Virus record (IMG/VR): IMGVR_UViG_3300028833_000075
Span: 64,001-128,000 of that record
DNA length: 64,000 nt
DNA from: a virus
Lineage: Duplodnaviria; Caudoviricetes
Reading direction: 5' to 3' (one strand)
Below, piece by piece: positions 51,078-61,176 of this stretch; position 1 is the stretch's first letter; every line of letters starts with the position of its first letter. The translations under genes and the position numbers were made by a program. The notes beneath the pieces are model-generated. The model was not told the DNA's origin and made no database searches. It saw only the letters and a program-made list of their open reading frames with translations.

Positions 51078-51373
51078 AATGATTAAAGTAAGATTATATT
51101 TTAATGACCTGACCAAAGAGCGGCAGGAAAAAATTATTGAAGTCTTTGGTGACAATTGCAACTGGGATGTTTTCCCGATTTGTGAACTGGAAATTGAAAG
51201 CGATAAAGATGCTATCATCGACAGCTTTATTTTTGACGGAGAATAAACATGAAACTTTATGGAGCTCAAATATCTCAGAAATACATTGAATACAAAGATA
51301 AGAAAAAGAGACACATAAGGTATCCTCGATCTGTTAATTATCCTTATGAAGCAAAATACGGAGGAAAAAAATA

Positions 51374-51829
51374 ATGGGCCTTGATATGTTTTTAAACAAA
51401 GTTAAAAGGGAAGAAATTGCATACTGGCGTAAAGCTAACGCGATTCATGCGTGGTTTGTGCGCAACTGTGCCGACGGCGAATTGGAAAACTGTCAGGATT
51501 GTTCTGTAAGCAAGGATGATCTTATTAAGCTTAGGGAAACTTGCCAGACAGTTTTGAAGTCGTCTAAGCTTGTTTACAAAGAAGTTCCTGTCCGTGAATA
51601 TGATAACGATAAGAAAGATTTTGTCGAAACCAAGAAACTGATGAAGGTTCTCGACAATCCAAGCGTAGCAGAAGAGCTCCTTCCGACTCAAAGCGGATTC
51701 TTCTTCGGTTCGACAATTTACGGCGAAAACTATGTAGAAGATCTTGAAGAAACCGTAAAACAGATTACGGAAATACTGGAAGATACAAATTTTGATGAAT
51801 GGGATATTGTTTACTGCGCCTGGTGGTAA
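51374..51829 (+). CDS. Conserved phage hypothetical protein
   Basis: MGLDM...YWRKANAIH.WF...LLPT..GFFFG. Confidence 0.7.
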   Translation: MGLDMFLNKVKREEIAYWRKANAIHAWFVRNCADGELENCQDCSVSKDDLIKLRETCQTVLKSSKLVYKEVPVREYDNDKKDFVETKKLMKVLDNPSVAEELLPTQSGFFFGSTIYGENYVEDLEETVKQITEILEDTNFDEWDIVYCAWW

Positions 51830-51877
51830 CAACCCTCGCATAAGCGAGGTTCGACCAATGCTTTAAGGGAGTACTTC

Positions 51878-52156
51878 ATGCCTTCGTTAAAACTTATTTA
51901 CGATAAAATCCGAGCCGGTGAAATATTTGGCAAAATTGATAAACATCGGCTCGGAGGTTCTTATTTCTGGGACGTTTTGTGGATTGAAAATGGATTTATT
52001 CATTGGCGAAACTATGGTTCAAGCGCAAATAAAATAAGCTTGAAAAATTTAAAATGGATTATTGAAAATATTTTCAAAACAACCGCTGAACAGTTCTTGT
52101 TCGACTACACAACCTATAACGAATGGAAAAGGATAAATCAATATTACAAATGCTGA
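51878..52156 (+). CDS. Hypothetical protein
   Basis: GGGAG RBS. Confidence 0.6.
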   Translation: MPSLKLIYDKIRAGEIFGKIDKHRLGGSYFWDVLWIENGFIHWRNYGSSANKISLKNLKWIIENIFKTTAEQFLFDYTTYNEWKRINQYYKC

Positions 52157-52168
52157 AAGGAGATTAAA

Positions 52169-52711
52169 GTGCAGTACGAAACAATTAAAGACGCCTGCAG
52201 AGAATGGGTTAACGGTTTTAATGCAATTCCGCAGTCTGCTTTGGAGAAAATTGTTTCTTATGAAGGATGGGAATCCGTAAAAGAAATCACTCCTATTCAT
52301 AAATACAGCAGAGTCAGAGTTGTTTATGATGAATGGGCCGGAGAAGAAGGAGAAATCGTTAAAACCAACTGCGACGGCGAAGCAGATTTATATGCCGTGA
52401 AGCTGGATTCTATTCCAGATGACCCTAAGATTATCAGCGAAGACTGCCTTGAATTAATTAATACTGACGAAGATTATTTCCCAATGTGGTCTACCCTATG
52501 GACATTCGGAGAGAGAATTGACGAAGAATGGCTGACTGGTAAATATGGAAAATCACATCTGCAGGAAGTTGCAGATCTTGGTTTCCGAATTTATGAGTCT
52601 GATGACTTTGGAATTCTCTTGGGAATCGATGGTGCTGGATACGATTTTTACGAGGCTCACTGGATTCCTCTTTACAAGCTTCGTGGATTGCGGTGGCATA
52701 AGGAGGATTAA
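52169..52711 (+). CDS. Hypothetical phage protein
   Basis: AAGGAG RBS; GIDGAGYDFYEAHWIPLY. Confidence 0.7.
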   Translation: MQYETIKDACREWVNGFNAIPQSALEKIVSYEGWESVKEITPIHKYSRVRVVYDEWAGEEGEIVKTNCDGEADLYAVKLDSIPDDPKIISEDCLELINTDEDYFPMWSTLWTFGERIDEEWLTGKYGKSHLQEVADLGFRIYESDDFGILLGIDGAGYDFYEAHWIPLYKLRGLRWHKED

Positions 52712-52903
52712 TAATGTGGTGGGAATTGTGCGATGGAAGCTCTGAATATCTTACCGACCTGTGGGGAAATGGAGACGCAAGCTGGCAGGCTGCCAAAAGT
52801 TACTTTCAAAACAAAGGATACTACGGAAAGTTCCTGCTGATCCATCGTGCAAGGAATGGAAATTTCCGGCTGTATCAAATTGATATTAAAAAGGAGTCGC
52901 AAA

Positions 52904-53314
52904 ATGACAAGCACTGAATTGTTTAAGACTCTGAAACCGAATCTGACTAAATCATATGAAGCCTACTATCGGGAAAACAGAGGGCTTCAGCTTAACTATT
53001 CTGATATCTTTTGCAAATTGATCAAAGATGCAGCCAGAACAAACAGGTTTCAGTCGGATGTCTTTTACACACTTAAAGAAATAGAAAACACTATAGATGA
53101 ATTTAATCCTGAAAACATACCAGATCCAATTTGGATCGCTTGCAGAAAAGACGGAGTAGATGGAACACGATATATCCTGTGTACATACGACAATAAAGAT
53201 ACATATGGTTCTATGTCACAAAGGTATTTCTCTCTTTATTCTGTTTCTTTCAGGCAAGAGGACAGTGAATTTGGTTGTCGCTACTTTGTTGATTTCAACG
53301 AGTATTGGGTTTAG
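52904..53314 (+). CDS. Hypothetical protein
   Basis: AAGGAG RBS. Confidence 0.6.
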   Translation: MTSTELFKTLKPNLTKSYEAYYRENRGLQLNYSDIFCKLIKDAARTNRFQSDVFYTLKEIENTIDEFNPENIPDPIWIACRKDGVDGTRYILCTYDNKDTYGSMSQRYFSLYSVSFRQEDSEFGCRYFVDFNEYWV

Positions 53315-53322
53315 GAGGAATC

Positions 53323-53817
53323 ATGAAACATATCATTTGGACTAATGACCTGAATTATGATGACTGGCGCGACGATCTTGAATCAGAATATCCGGAACTG
53401 ACAGAAGAACAGCGAATTAATCTGATGTATGAAATAAACAATGATTATTTTAACGATGAGCAGGTTAATCTGAATAAAGATCTTAAAGGTGAAATTATTG
53501 CTTATGGAACACTGGGGCTCTGGGACGGAACAAGAACCGGATATAAGATTATTAAAGAAAGAAACCTGAACGCAATAATGGAGGGCCATTTCTGTGATTG
53601 TCTCACATGGTATGTAGAAGGCGAAGAAGTAAAATGCGACGATGTACATCACGATGGAACAAACCATTATACATATCGCATGTTGACAATTGATTCCTAT
53701 GATTTCGAAGAATACGCATGGGAACATACACTTCATGAGGCAATTGAAAAATACACAGAACCACTTGGTCATTATGTCGCAGAAATCTATGGGTTTCAAC
53801 TGGAGGAAAAAGTATGA
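53323..53817 (+). CDS. Hypothetical phage protein
   Basis: AGGAGG RBS; LGLWDG, HHDGTN. Confidence 0.7.
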   Translation: MKHIIWTNDLNYDDWRDDLESEYPELTEEQRINLMYEINNDYFNDEQVNLNKDLKGEIIAYGTLGLWDGTRTGYKIIKERNLNAIMEGHFCDCLTWYVEGEEVKCDDVHHDGTNHYTYRMLTIDSYDFEEYAWEHTLHEAIEKYTEPLGHYVAEIYGFQLEEKV

Positions 53818-54278
53818 CTGAAAAAGTTTACGGATATAAAGAATTCCCTGATAAAATTGATATTACCGATCCATGCTATGATCGAAATGTGTGGTGCCGG
53901 ATTAACAACTTCCAGATTCCAGCCGGTGAATATGAGTGCTACGCACAAGTGCTCAATGACGAAGAAACTAACGGATGGGGAGAACGCGTCTCTCGTATCG
54001 GTATTCGAACTGAAAAAGCAGATCACTTTGAAAGAAAAGGATCAATCGGTGTAGATGCTGGTATGGCTGGTTTCTTCATCGATAAACCAGATTATACTGA
54101 TAATGAATGGGCAAACTTCTGCAGCAAAATAGATTTTAAAGAGAAGGTCTACATGTTTGACGAAGGATTCTTTTCTGAGTCTGGTTATGGTGATGGCGGA
54201 TACGACGTATATGTTGGGTATAAAGATGGAAAGCTGACAGAAGTTTACATTGAATTTATCGGAGAAGACAATGTGTAA
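53814..54278 (+). CDS. DUF4241-like protein
   Basis: ITDPCY, IGVDAGMAGFF, SGYGDGGY. Confidence 0.65.
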   Translation: MTEKVYGYKEFPDKIDITDPCYDRNVWCRINNFQIPAGEYECYAQVLNDEETNGWGERVSRIGIRTEKADHFERKGSIGVDAGMAGFFIDKPDYTDNEWANFCSKIDFKEKVYMFDEGFFSESGYGDGGYDVYVGYKDGKLTEVYIEFIGEDNV

Positions 54279-54546
54279 AGAAAGAATTAATCCTGTCTTT
54301 GACAACTTTGTTATGCTTTCACCTAAACAGGTTGAATTGGCAATTTATATCCGGCAATACCGAAGGATTCATGAACTGAGTCAGCGGGATATGGCAAAAG
54401 TCTGTTCGCTGTACGGCGAAAAGAAGGGAATAAAGTTTGCTCAGACGGAAATTGCCTGCTATGAAAACTATAAAACAATTCCCACACCGGCCAAATTTGA
54501 AATATTAATGAATACAATGAATATTACGGCAGACATGCTAATGTAA
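54271..54546 (+). CDS. XRE-type HTH protein
   Basis: IRQYRRIHELSQRDMA...IACYEN..TIP. Confidence 0.65.
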   Translation: MCKERINPVFDNFVMLSPKQVELAIYIRQYRRIHELSQRDMAKVCSLYGEKKGIKFAQTEIACYENYKTIPTPAKFEILMNTMNITADMLM

Positions 54547-54556
54547 GGAGACAACA

Positions 54557-55231
54557 ATGAATAACAAGGAGTTTAACGATAAGCTTCGGGATCTTTTTGC
54601 AGAATATATCTCCGGAGGGAAGGACAATGAGTTTATTGCAATCCTCAGGAATTTTCTTGGAATGCTGATTGCAGACGAAAAAGCAGCTGAAAAAGCCGAA
54701 CGAAAGGCTCGTCGCAATGCTGCTCAGGTGATTAAAGATGCAATGAGTGTTGATGAGAAGATCCAGTTCGTCAACACCCCATATAACGATCTTCCTGAAG
54801 AATTAAAAGAAGGAATGACAAAGAATCCTCAGATGTTTAACTTTATCCGCATGTCTAAACCGCACGTAGGAGAACAGAAAGAAACATTTGCAGCACGACT
54901 GATCCGCTACAAGGATAAGTACGGTCTGACAGATGAGACATTTGCTGATATTTGCAATGAATTTGCGGCGAAATATGACTTGAAAGCAACTTCCACACAT
55001 AAAGCGCAGAGGACACGAATTTCAACAAGGAATCTGGAATCTTATGAAAACTACAATATCTGTCCTAAGATTGATAAGATGACAGTTATTGCAGAAGCTA
55101 TGGGAGTCGGGATTGATTACTTTGGAGGATACGGCCCCAAGAACAGGAAGTCAAAGAATGAAATCTTGGAGGCAAAATACAGGAAGCGCCGCAATAATAA
55201 ATCAACAGACCCGGACAGCGATCTCGCATGA
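54557..55231 (+). CDS. XRE-type HTH protein
   Basis: FAARL...LESYEN...PKIDKMTVIAEAMGVGIDYF. Confidence 0.65.
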   Translation: MNNKEFNDKLRDLFAEYISGGKDNEFIAILRNFLGMLIADEKAAEKAERKARRNAAQVIKDAMSVDEKIQFVNTPYNDLPEELKEGMTKNPQMFNFIRMSKPHVGEQKETFAARLIRYKDKYGLTDETFADICNEFAAKYDLKATSTHKAQRTRISTRNLESYENYNICPKIDKMTVIAEAMGVGIDYFGGYGPKNRKSKNEILEAKYRKRRNNKSTDPDSDLA

Positions 55232-55551
55232 TTTATGAACAGTTTTTGGCCCAATTTACAGATTGGAGACCAACAACTTTATACTGGCAGCGCTTTAGTA
55301 TTGCAGAAAAGTTCGGGAAAGAAGAAATTTTGCTTGTCTATGCGGAAGTTTTTAAAGAAGCAGAAAACAATTACAAATTGCTTACTGAACTCGTTATGAT
55401 TCTTAATCATAAAACCTGGGAACATAGTGAATATATAAGGAATTCGAACTTTTCTTCTTTGTATTCAGATTTATATCATCAGACGAAAGAATATGCTGAA
55501 AATACTCTAAAAGAAGATGAACTTCAATACTTTATTGACGTCCTTGATTAG
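55228..55551 (+). CDS. Hypothetical phage protein
   Basis: FSIAEKFG...LTELVMILNHK.W. Confidence 0.65.
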   Translation: MIYEQFLAQFTDWRPTTLYWQRFSIAEKFGKEEILLVYAEVFKEAENNYKLLTELVMILNHKTWEHSEYIRNSNFSSLYSDLYHQTKEYAENTLKEDELQYFIDVLD

Positions 55552-55698
55552 CCACGCTTACGCGTGGTTTGAACATTGGGTTTTCGCTTAATTCCGAAAC
55601 TCGACCCTATCATTTTTTAAATTTTAATCAGAAGAAATGTAAATCAAAAGTAATATTTTACACAAAAAAGAAAGATTATTTAAGGAGAGATTATCTCA

Positions 55699-56082
55699 AT
55701 GAACGGACTTAATGAACTCACTATTATCGGAAATGTTGTACGTGACGCTGAACTGAAGAATGTTGATGTGGAAGGAACACCGACTCCTCGATGCCGCTTC
55801 TCTGTTGCGGTTAACGAAACACGCGGAAACGGAGAAGATATTGTTACTTATTTCGATATTACAGCTTGGCGGGATTATGCAACAAAGATTGCGCCGTGGG
55901 TCCTGAAAGGACGCCTGGTTTATGTTAAGGGTTCTGTGCGGCTGAATCAGTATGTTTCCAACGGTACCGTACGGAGTTCTCTGCAGATTCATGACCCAAA
56001 GGTTATCTGGCTTGATAAGAAACCCACGGTTGACGTCAGCTCAATTGAAGAGTTTGACGACGACGAGCTTCCGTTCGGTTAA
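55699..56082 (+). CDS. ssb: Second single-stranded DNA-binding protein
   Basis: IIGNVVRDAE...FSVAVN...KGRLVYVKG; DDELPF tail. Confidence 0.9.
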   Translation: MNGLNELTIIGNVVRDAELKNVDVEGTPTPRCRFSVAVNETRGNGEDIVTYFDITAWRDYATKIAPWVLKGRLVYVKGSVRLNQYVSNGTVRSSLQIHDPKVIWLDKKPTVDVSSIEEFDDDELPFG

Positions 56083-56154
56083 TTAAATATCGCACGCTCC
56101 GGTATGTCGGAGCGTGTTTCTTATAGATATTTTATTGAAAGAAGGTTGAATCCC

Positions 56155-56373
56155 ATGTGCAAGGTGACTCTGTCTGATGAGGATGGGCTGTTTAAAATTT
56201 GCCTTGTTTCAAATGAAACCCCATACCAAATTTTAAAGTATTACAATATTAACCCTGATACAAAAATTGTTTATTTGAATGGAGAAATTCTTTCAAAAGA
56301 AAGAATGAGGAAAGTAATTCTAGAAAACAATTCTGTGCATCTTACGGTTAGAAATAAAACAGTAATGCGATAA
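56155..56373 (+). CDS. Small ubiquitin-like (beta-grasp) protein, no terminal Gly
   Basis: 72 aa, TP.QIL....INP...IVYLNG pattern of ThiS/MoaD-like folds; heads E1/E2/JAB operon. Confidence 0.5.
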   Translation: MCKVTLSDEDGLFKICLVSNETPYQILKYYNINPDTKIVYLNGEILSKERMRKVILENNSVHLTVRNKTVMR

Positions 56374-56428
56374 TAAAACATGTCTATAAAGCTTCGGCTT
56401 TTAGAAAATAATTTATAGGAGAGATTGT

Positions 56429-57040
56429 ATGGTTAAGATTACTTTGATTACCAGTAACCCTAAGGTAGTTGACATTGTGCCCGAGACAATGACCGTTCGT
56501 GATTTTCTGGATAAGCATAATGTGAACTATGGATTGGCATCTACTTCCATTGATGGTGTACCTCTGCAGTCCGGTGGTATGGATATGACTTTTGCCGAAT
56601 ATCAGATTACAGACCGGGCTATTGTGACCTGCCTGCCGAACAAGGACAACGGAGCGCAGGCCATTGTGGTTGGTTCTTCCTGTGTTGTGAAGTCCACTCT
56701 GACCCCGGCAGAAATTAAGCGAATTAAGAAGTTCCATCCCGAAGCTTTGGTAATGGAAAATGAAGACGGAGATCCGGTATTTGCTATCGATATCGATGAA
56801 ACCACTCCTGGTTCTATTAACGGGAATGGTGCCTGTTTCGGCAATGCAACAAGTACCGATGGTAAGGCAACTATTACGGTTGTTATTGATCCTGCCGCTG
56901 AAAACACTATTGAGCTGGTTTACGAAAGGCTGGGCCGTGCTCTGATGTATCTGAAGGAAATGGAAGAGCAGCTTGCTGAAGTTTTACCGGATTTGGACAG
57001 CGAAGAACGTGAAATCCGTTCCATGATTGTTGGTATGTAA
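56429..57040 (+). CDS. Ubiquitin-like domain fused to C-terminal domain
   Basis: N-terminal ~75 aa (TVRDFL....V......IDGVPL...MDMTFAEY.I) ending in KDNG. Confidence 0.65.
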   Translation: MVKITLITSNPKVVDIVPETMTVRDFLDKHNVNYGLASTSIDGVPLQSGGMDMTFAEYQITDRAIVTCLPNKDNGAQAIVVGSSCVVKSTLTPAEIKRIKKFHPEALVMENEDGDPVFAIDIDETTPGSINGNGACFGNATSTDGKATITVVIDPAAENTIELVYERLGRALMYLKEMEEQLAEVLPDLDSEEREIRSMIVGM

Positions 57041-57094
57041 CCTTCGGAGAGGGAGAGATTCTTCCTCTCCCTCTCTATTTTACGGAGGTAAAAC

Positions 57095-58459
57095 ATGTTC
57101 AATACACACTTAAATTGTATTGCAGAATTTCCTGCATTTTTAAGAGACAAGATTTATGTAAATAATAATGTAGCCCCGGATGACACGCTGCTGATGACAG
57201 CAACTGCGTTGTTGTATCAGAGAGTTGAAAATCTGAAATTAACTTTTGAAGTATTTAATAACAAAGAAGTAGAAAATATCAATCTAAACCCGGAAGTATA
57301 TTCATTTCATTGGTTTAATAATGTTGGAAATCCAGATGAGCTGTTAAATTTAGTAAAGAATAATTTTACTTCAATAGAAAAACTTTCAACTCATGAAAAG
57401 TTTCTGTCTGAGCAACTGAAAATGCCAATATTTATTCGCTTAATGCCAGCTGAAAATACTGTCTGTATTTTCACTTCAGAAATGTCTTATAAAGCGTGGC
57501 ACAGTTTTCAGTTCTTTATTCCAAAATACTTCAGGATTTTCAAAGAAAAACCACTTAACAAAGAAGAAATTTCTTTTCTCGAAACCTTGACGTTCAAAAC
57601 AAGTTCTTTGTATGAAGCGAGGTTGAGAGAATTATTAGATACGGATTCTTTCAGAAAATATATTTTAAAAGATCGATTGGAACAGTTTGAAAGAAAGCTG
57701 TTTGAAGCTAAAGTTCAAGCTGCCAAAAACAATCTTGCAAGCCTTGAAAATGAAATGAACGCGGCCATGGAAGCTTATAGAAAAGCTTGCGAGAAAAGAA
57801 TTGAAGCTATTGCGCTTGTATCAGGTCTGCAATCTATGGCAGATCAGACGGAAGAACACACTGAATTGCAGGATTACCTGTTAAATAATCAAAGGCTTTG
57901 CAATGTAACACTAGATAATTCCACGATTTCATACATTGTGAAAACATATCTGGCCCCACACCATATAGGCGAATGGGAAATGATAACAAAACACATTCAG
58001 TATTTTGATCAGTATCTTACAAGCAAATTTACACGCACAGAGATAAAGCTTCTGCTTGATGCGATCTTCTCGGAAAACCGCTGCCTAAAAGTAAAAATGT
58101 GTGCCTATTTCTCTTTGGATTACTTTGGAAGCAAGGTTACATCAGCATATAAATATAATTTTGCTAATGTAAACAAAACACTGATGAACTATATTCCAAA
58201 CCCTCATTTGCACTATCATAATTGCTTTGGGCAGAATAAGGAAGCAATATTGGAACAGCTAAAATGCGGCGATGCAATCGGAGCGATCGAGTGCTCTGTG
58301 GCTTGCGCTCAAAGGGTTAACATTCACGAAAATCTGAGCTTTGGACCTTTTGTGCGGGACTTGTTATCATGTTCCGGCAAATGTCTTGTAACGGAAGATG
58401 GAACTGAATTAACGCCAGAGGAAGCTGTTGCATATCTGAAAGGACAAGATAATGAATAA
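57095..58459 (+). CDS. Coiled-coil protein with C-terminal E2-like domain
   Basis: Central coiled coil; PNPHLHYHNCFG resembles the HP...C catalytic segment of prokaryotic E2 families; adjacent to JAB and E1. Confidence 0.55.
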   Translation: MFNTHLNCIAEFPAFLRDKIYVNNNVAPDDTLLMTATALLYQRVENLKLTFEVFNNKEVENINLNPEVYSFHWFNNVGNPDELLNLVKNNFTSIEKLSTHEKFLSEQLKMPIFIRLMPAENTVCIFTSEMSYKAWHSFQFFIPKYFRIFKEKPLNKEEISFLETLTFKTSSLYEARLRELLDTDSFRKYILKDRLEQFERKLFEAKVQAAKNNLASLENEMNAAMEAYRKACEKRIEAIALVSGLQSMADQTEEHTELQDYLLNNQRLCNVTLDNSTISYIVKTYLAPHHIGEWEMITKHIQYFDQYLTSKFTRTEIKLLLDAIFSENRCLKVKMCAYFSLDYFGSKVTSAYKYNFANVNKTLMNYIPNPHLHYHNCFGQNKEAILEQLKCGDAIGAIECSVACAQRVNIHENLSFGPFVRDLLSCSGKCLVTEDGTELTPEEAVAYLKGQDNE

Positions 58460-59039
58460 TGAAATTGTATTGAAAGACTGGCAAACTCACTGTGGGTTCG
58501 CCAGTCCACAAAGTAATATAAACATTTACTATTCACCTTTGGCTATTACAAAAACAATTATGCTTGTAAATACCCATCCTGAAGAAATTGGTTGGAATAT
58601 GGTAGTAAAGCCTTATAAAGACGGGTATAAAGTTGAGGATATCGTAGTATATCCCCAAAAAGTAAGTCCGGCATATGTTTCAGTTGACCTTCCAAGGTAT
58701 GGATTGTGGAAAGCAAACCTTGACGACGAAGTAGAAGCTAATTTGTTTGGAAACGGACATTCTCATGTTAACATGAGTACTTTCGCATCATCCGTCGATG
58801 AACGTCAGCAGCATGATGAAATCCTGACAAAGAAAAACGGATTTTATCTTTTCCAGATATGGAACAAAAGAAATGAAATAAGCTCATTCTTTTATGATAT
58901 TGATAATAAAATTTTCTATCGACCGGAAAATGTTAACATAATCGTAGAAGAAGCAAATGAGTTTATTATAAACTCTTTTGAAATCGTACAAGGAAGACAT
59001 AATCGGATCAACGCTTATGAGGCAGGTGAAGATTTTTGA
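58452..59039 (+). CDS. JAB/MPN+ metallo-isopeptidase
   Basis: EIGW...GHSHVNMSTFASSVD (E...HxH...S..D). Confidence 0.85.
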   Translation: MNNEIVLKDWQTHCGFASPQSNINIYYSPLAITKTIMLVNTHPEEIGWNMVVKPYKDGYKVEDIVVYPQKVSPAYVSVDLPRYGLWKANLDDEVEANLFGNGHSHVNMSTFASSVDERQQHDEILTKKNGFYLFQIWNKRNEISSFFYDIDNKIFYRPENVNIIVEEANEFIINSFEIVQGRHNRINAYEAGEDF

Positions 59040-59704
59040 ATCTAAGTAAATCTTATGAGTTTTTTAATCCGGATAAATGCAAGGAAATGATCCATATTAT
59101 TGGTTGTGGATCTGTCGGCTCTACGGTAGCTGAACTTTTGGCAAGATTTGGTTTAACAAAAATCTCGCTATATGACTTTGATACTGTTGAGCCGCATAAT
59201 ATTGTAAACCAGATGTTTGTTCATCGCCAAATCGGAATGCCGAAGGTAGAAGCTGTACGAGAAATTTTGTTAGATATCAATCCTGAAATGAATGTTAAGA
59301 TGTATACCAAAGGATGGAACGGCGAGCCTCTGGATGGATACGTATTTCTTGCAGTAGATAATATTGAACTAAGAGCAAAAATTGTAAAAGAAAACCTATA
59401 TAATGATTTTATAAAAGCTTTCTTTGATTTCAGAACCGGACTTACAAATGCTGACCACTTTGCAGCAGATTGGTCCGAATTTAAAAGCAGAAAAAATTTT
59501 TTAAACACGATGAACTTTACACACGAAGAAGCGAAACAAAATACACCTGTTTCAGCGTGTAATGTAGCTCTGTGTGTAGCTCCTACAGTAAGAATGGTTT
59601 GTAATGTAGGAATAGCAAATTTCATCAATTTTGTAAAAGGAGAACATTTGCATAAGCTGATTCCAATTGATGCATTTAGTTTCTCTGTCGAACCTGTTGG
59701 TTAA
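59036..59704 (+). CDS. ThiF/E1-like adenylyltransferase
   Basis: IIGCGSVGS, DFD.VEPHN..NQ, KVEA, AVDN...R; candidate catalytic Cys in PVSAC. Confidence 0.9.
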   Translation: MNLSKSYEFFNPDKCKEMIHIIGCGSVGSTVAELLARFGLTKISLYDFDTVEPHNIVNQMFVHRQIGMPKVEAVREILLDINPEMNVKMYTKGWNGEPLDGYVFLAVDNIELRAKIVKENLYNDFIKAFFDFRTGLTNADHFAADWSEFKSRKNFLNTMNFTHEEAKQNTPVSACNVALCVAPTVRMVCNVGIANFINFVKGEHLHKLIPIDAFSFSVEPVG

Positions 59705-59728
59705 TATAGGTTAATCTATATTCCAAAT

Positions 59729-60028
59729 ACTCATGCAATGCATAGTGAGAGAAATCTCGAACTCTTAATGTGATTATGAGTAGCAATTCGCCTGATGAGG
59801 GGGTAGGGCTCCTGAAAGAGCTGGAGGCGGCGGACGTCGAAGAAATCCTAGGAAAATGTGGGCAGCGTGATAGAAAAGTCCTGTAATCTCGGAGGAAATA
59901 AGGTAGGCACGAGGGAAAGGTAAAGGGAAGTCAGTTGAAACGCGGTAAACGGTAGATAAAAGGCCTGGATCCTGGGAACGTTTCGGTCGTCACTGGAAAG
60001 ACATATAACGATTTAGATTGCATGGAGT
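59729..60028 (+). ncRNA. Retron-like msr-msd RNA 1 (upstream of RT)
   Basis: Terminal inverted repeat ACTCATGCAAT (59729-39) / ATTGCATGGAGT (60017-28); G59740 directly after 5' arm; GAGA-GAAA-TCTC hairpin; 3' block shared with RNA 2. Confidence 0.65.
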
Positions 60029-60035
60029 GATAAAA

Positions 60036-61166
60036 ATGATTTACATAACAATCAGACAGAAAGAAAAAGAAAAACAAATTAGTTGGCTTGATTTAATCAG
60101 CGAAGAAGAAATTCCTCTCAGTGATTTCTCTTCGTGCGGCTCTGCCGGAACTGTAACAAGAGCGCTTAATGAGGCAACGCCCGAACTGCTTCGCAGAATT
60201 AATCCAGAAGAAATGATTAATGTTTTGAAACGGTTTAATACCTCACATGAAAACCTGTTTAAAGCAGACCGTAAAACTCTGTATCGACATTTCAGCATTC
60301 CAAAGAAAACAGGTGGACTGCGGCCTATCGATGCGCCATGTGATGAGCTTCAAAATGCGCTGGATGAACTGAGGATTATCTTAACTGAAAAGTTTGGAGT
60401 TCTTTATCATACATCGGCCTTTGCATACATTCCGAATAGAAGCACTGTACAGATGGTAAGAAAACATCAGGTAAATGAATCAAATTGGTTTTATAAAACA
60501 GACGTCAGCGGATTCTTTCCACACACGACACTGAGCTTTACAATGAAGATGCTGTCAATGATCTTTCCTTTAAGTGAGATTTGCAAAGTACAGGAAGGAT
60601 ATGCAGAACTGGAAAAAGCTTTAAGTCTTGGTTTCCTAAACGGCGGTCTTCCGCAGGGAACAAAACTGAGTCCGGCGCTGACGAATATGATTGCTATCCC
60701 GATTGATCATCGACTGTTTAATGATCTTGCGCACAAGCGTTTTGTGTATACTCGATATGCAGATGATCTGCATATTTCATGTCAGCAGAAATTCGATTCT
60801 GAAAAGATGACTAAATACATTGAAAAGGTATTTAAAGAATTTGATGCTCCATGGATTCTGAAGCCCGAGAAAACACATTACGGAAGCAGAAAAGGTAAGA
60901 ATTTTATGCTTGGTGTAGTTCTTAACGCGAACAATGATATTTCGACGGGATGGAGAAATAAGAAGCTTTTCAAAGCAATGACAACAAACTTAATTATGGA
61001 TTGGAAAAATAATAAGTATTGGCCCGCCGATGACGTTCAACAGTACGCAGGGTTATTGTCTTATTATAAAATGGTAGAGAAAGAATACTTCGATAATCTG
61101 GTAGATCACTTTAACAATAAATTCTCTGTAAACCTCAAACAAATTATAAAGGAACTAGTTTCCTAA
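60036..61166 (+). CDS. Retron-type reverse transcriptase (376 aa)
   Basis: IPKKTGGLRPI, SAFAY, KTDVSGFF, LPQGTKLSP, YTRYADDL, KTH...MLGV; no maturase/endonuclease extension. Confidence 0.9.
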   Translation: MIYITIRQKEKEKQISWLDLISEEEIPLSDFSSCGSAGTVTRALNEATPELLRRINPEEMINVLKRFNTSHENLFKADRKTLYRHFSIPKKTGGLRPIDAPCDELQNALDELRIILTEKFGVLYHTSAFAYIPNRSTVQMVRKHQVNESNWFYKTDVSGFFPHTTLSFTMKMLSMIFPLSEICKVQEGYAELEKALSLGFLNGGLPQGTKLSPALTNMIAIPIDHRLFNDLAHKRFVYTRYADDLHISCQQKFDSEKMTKYIEKVFKEFDAPWILKPEKTHYGSRKGKNFMLGVVLNANNDISTGWRNKKLFKAMTTNLIMDWKNNKYWPADDVQQYAGLLSYYKMVEKEYFDNLVDHFNNKFSVNLKQIIKELVS

Positions 61167-61176
61167 TTTTACAGTA

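Noticed and set aside
59792-59817. Hammerhead-like CTGATGAG...GAAA core in RNA 1
   Set aside because: Stem II is weak and I could not build stems I and III around a valid NUH cleavage site
60036-61166. RT as DGR or group II intron enzyme
   Set aside because: No template/variable repeat pair differing at adenines, no maturase domain or domain V structure; size and motifs fit retron-type RTs
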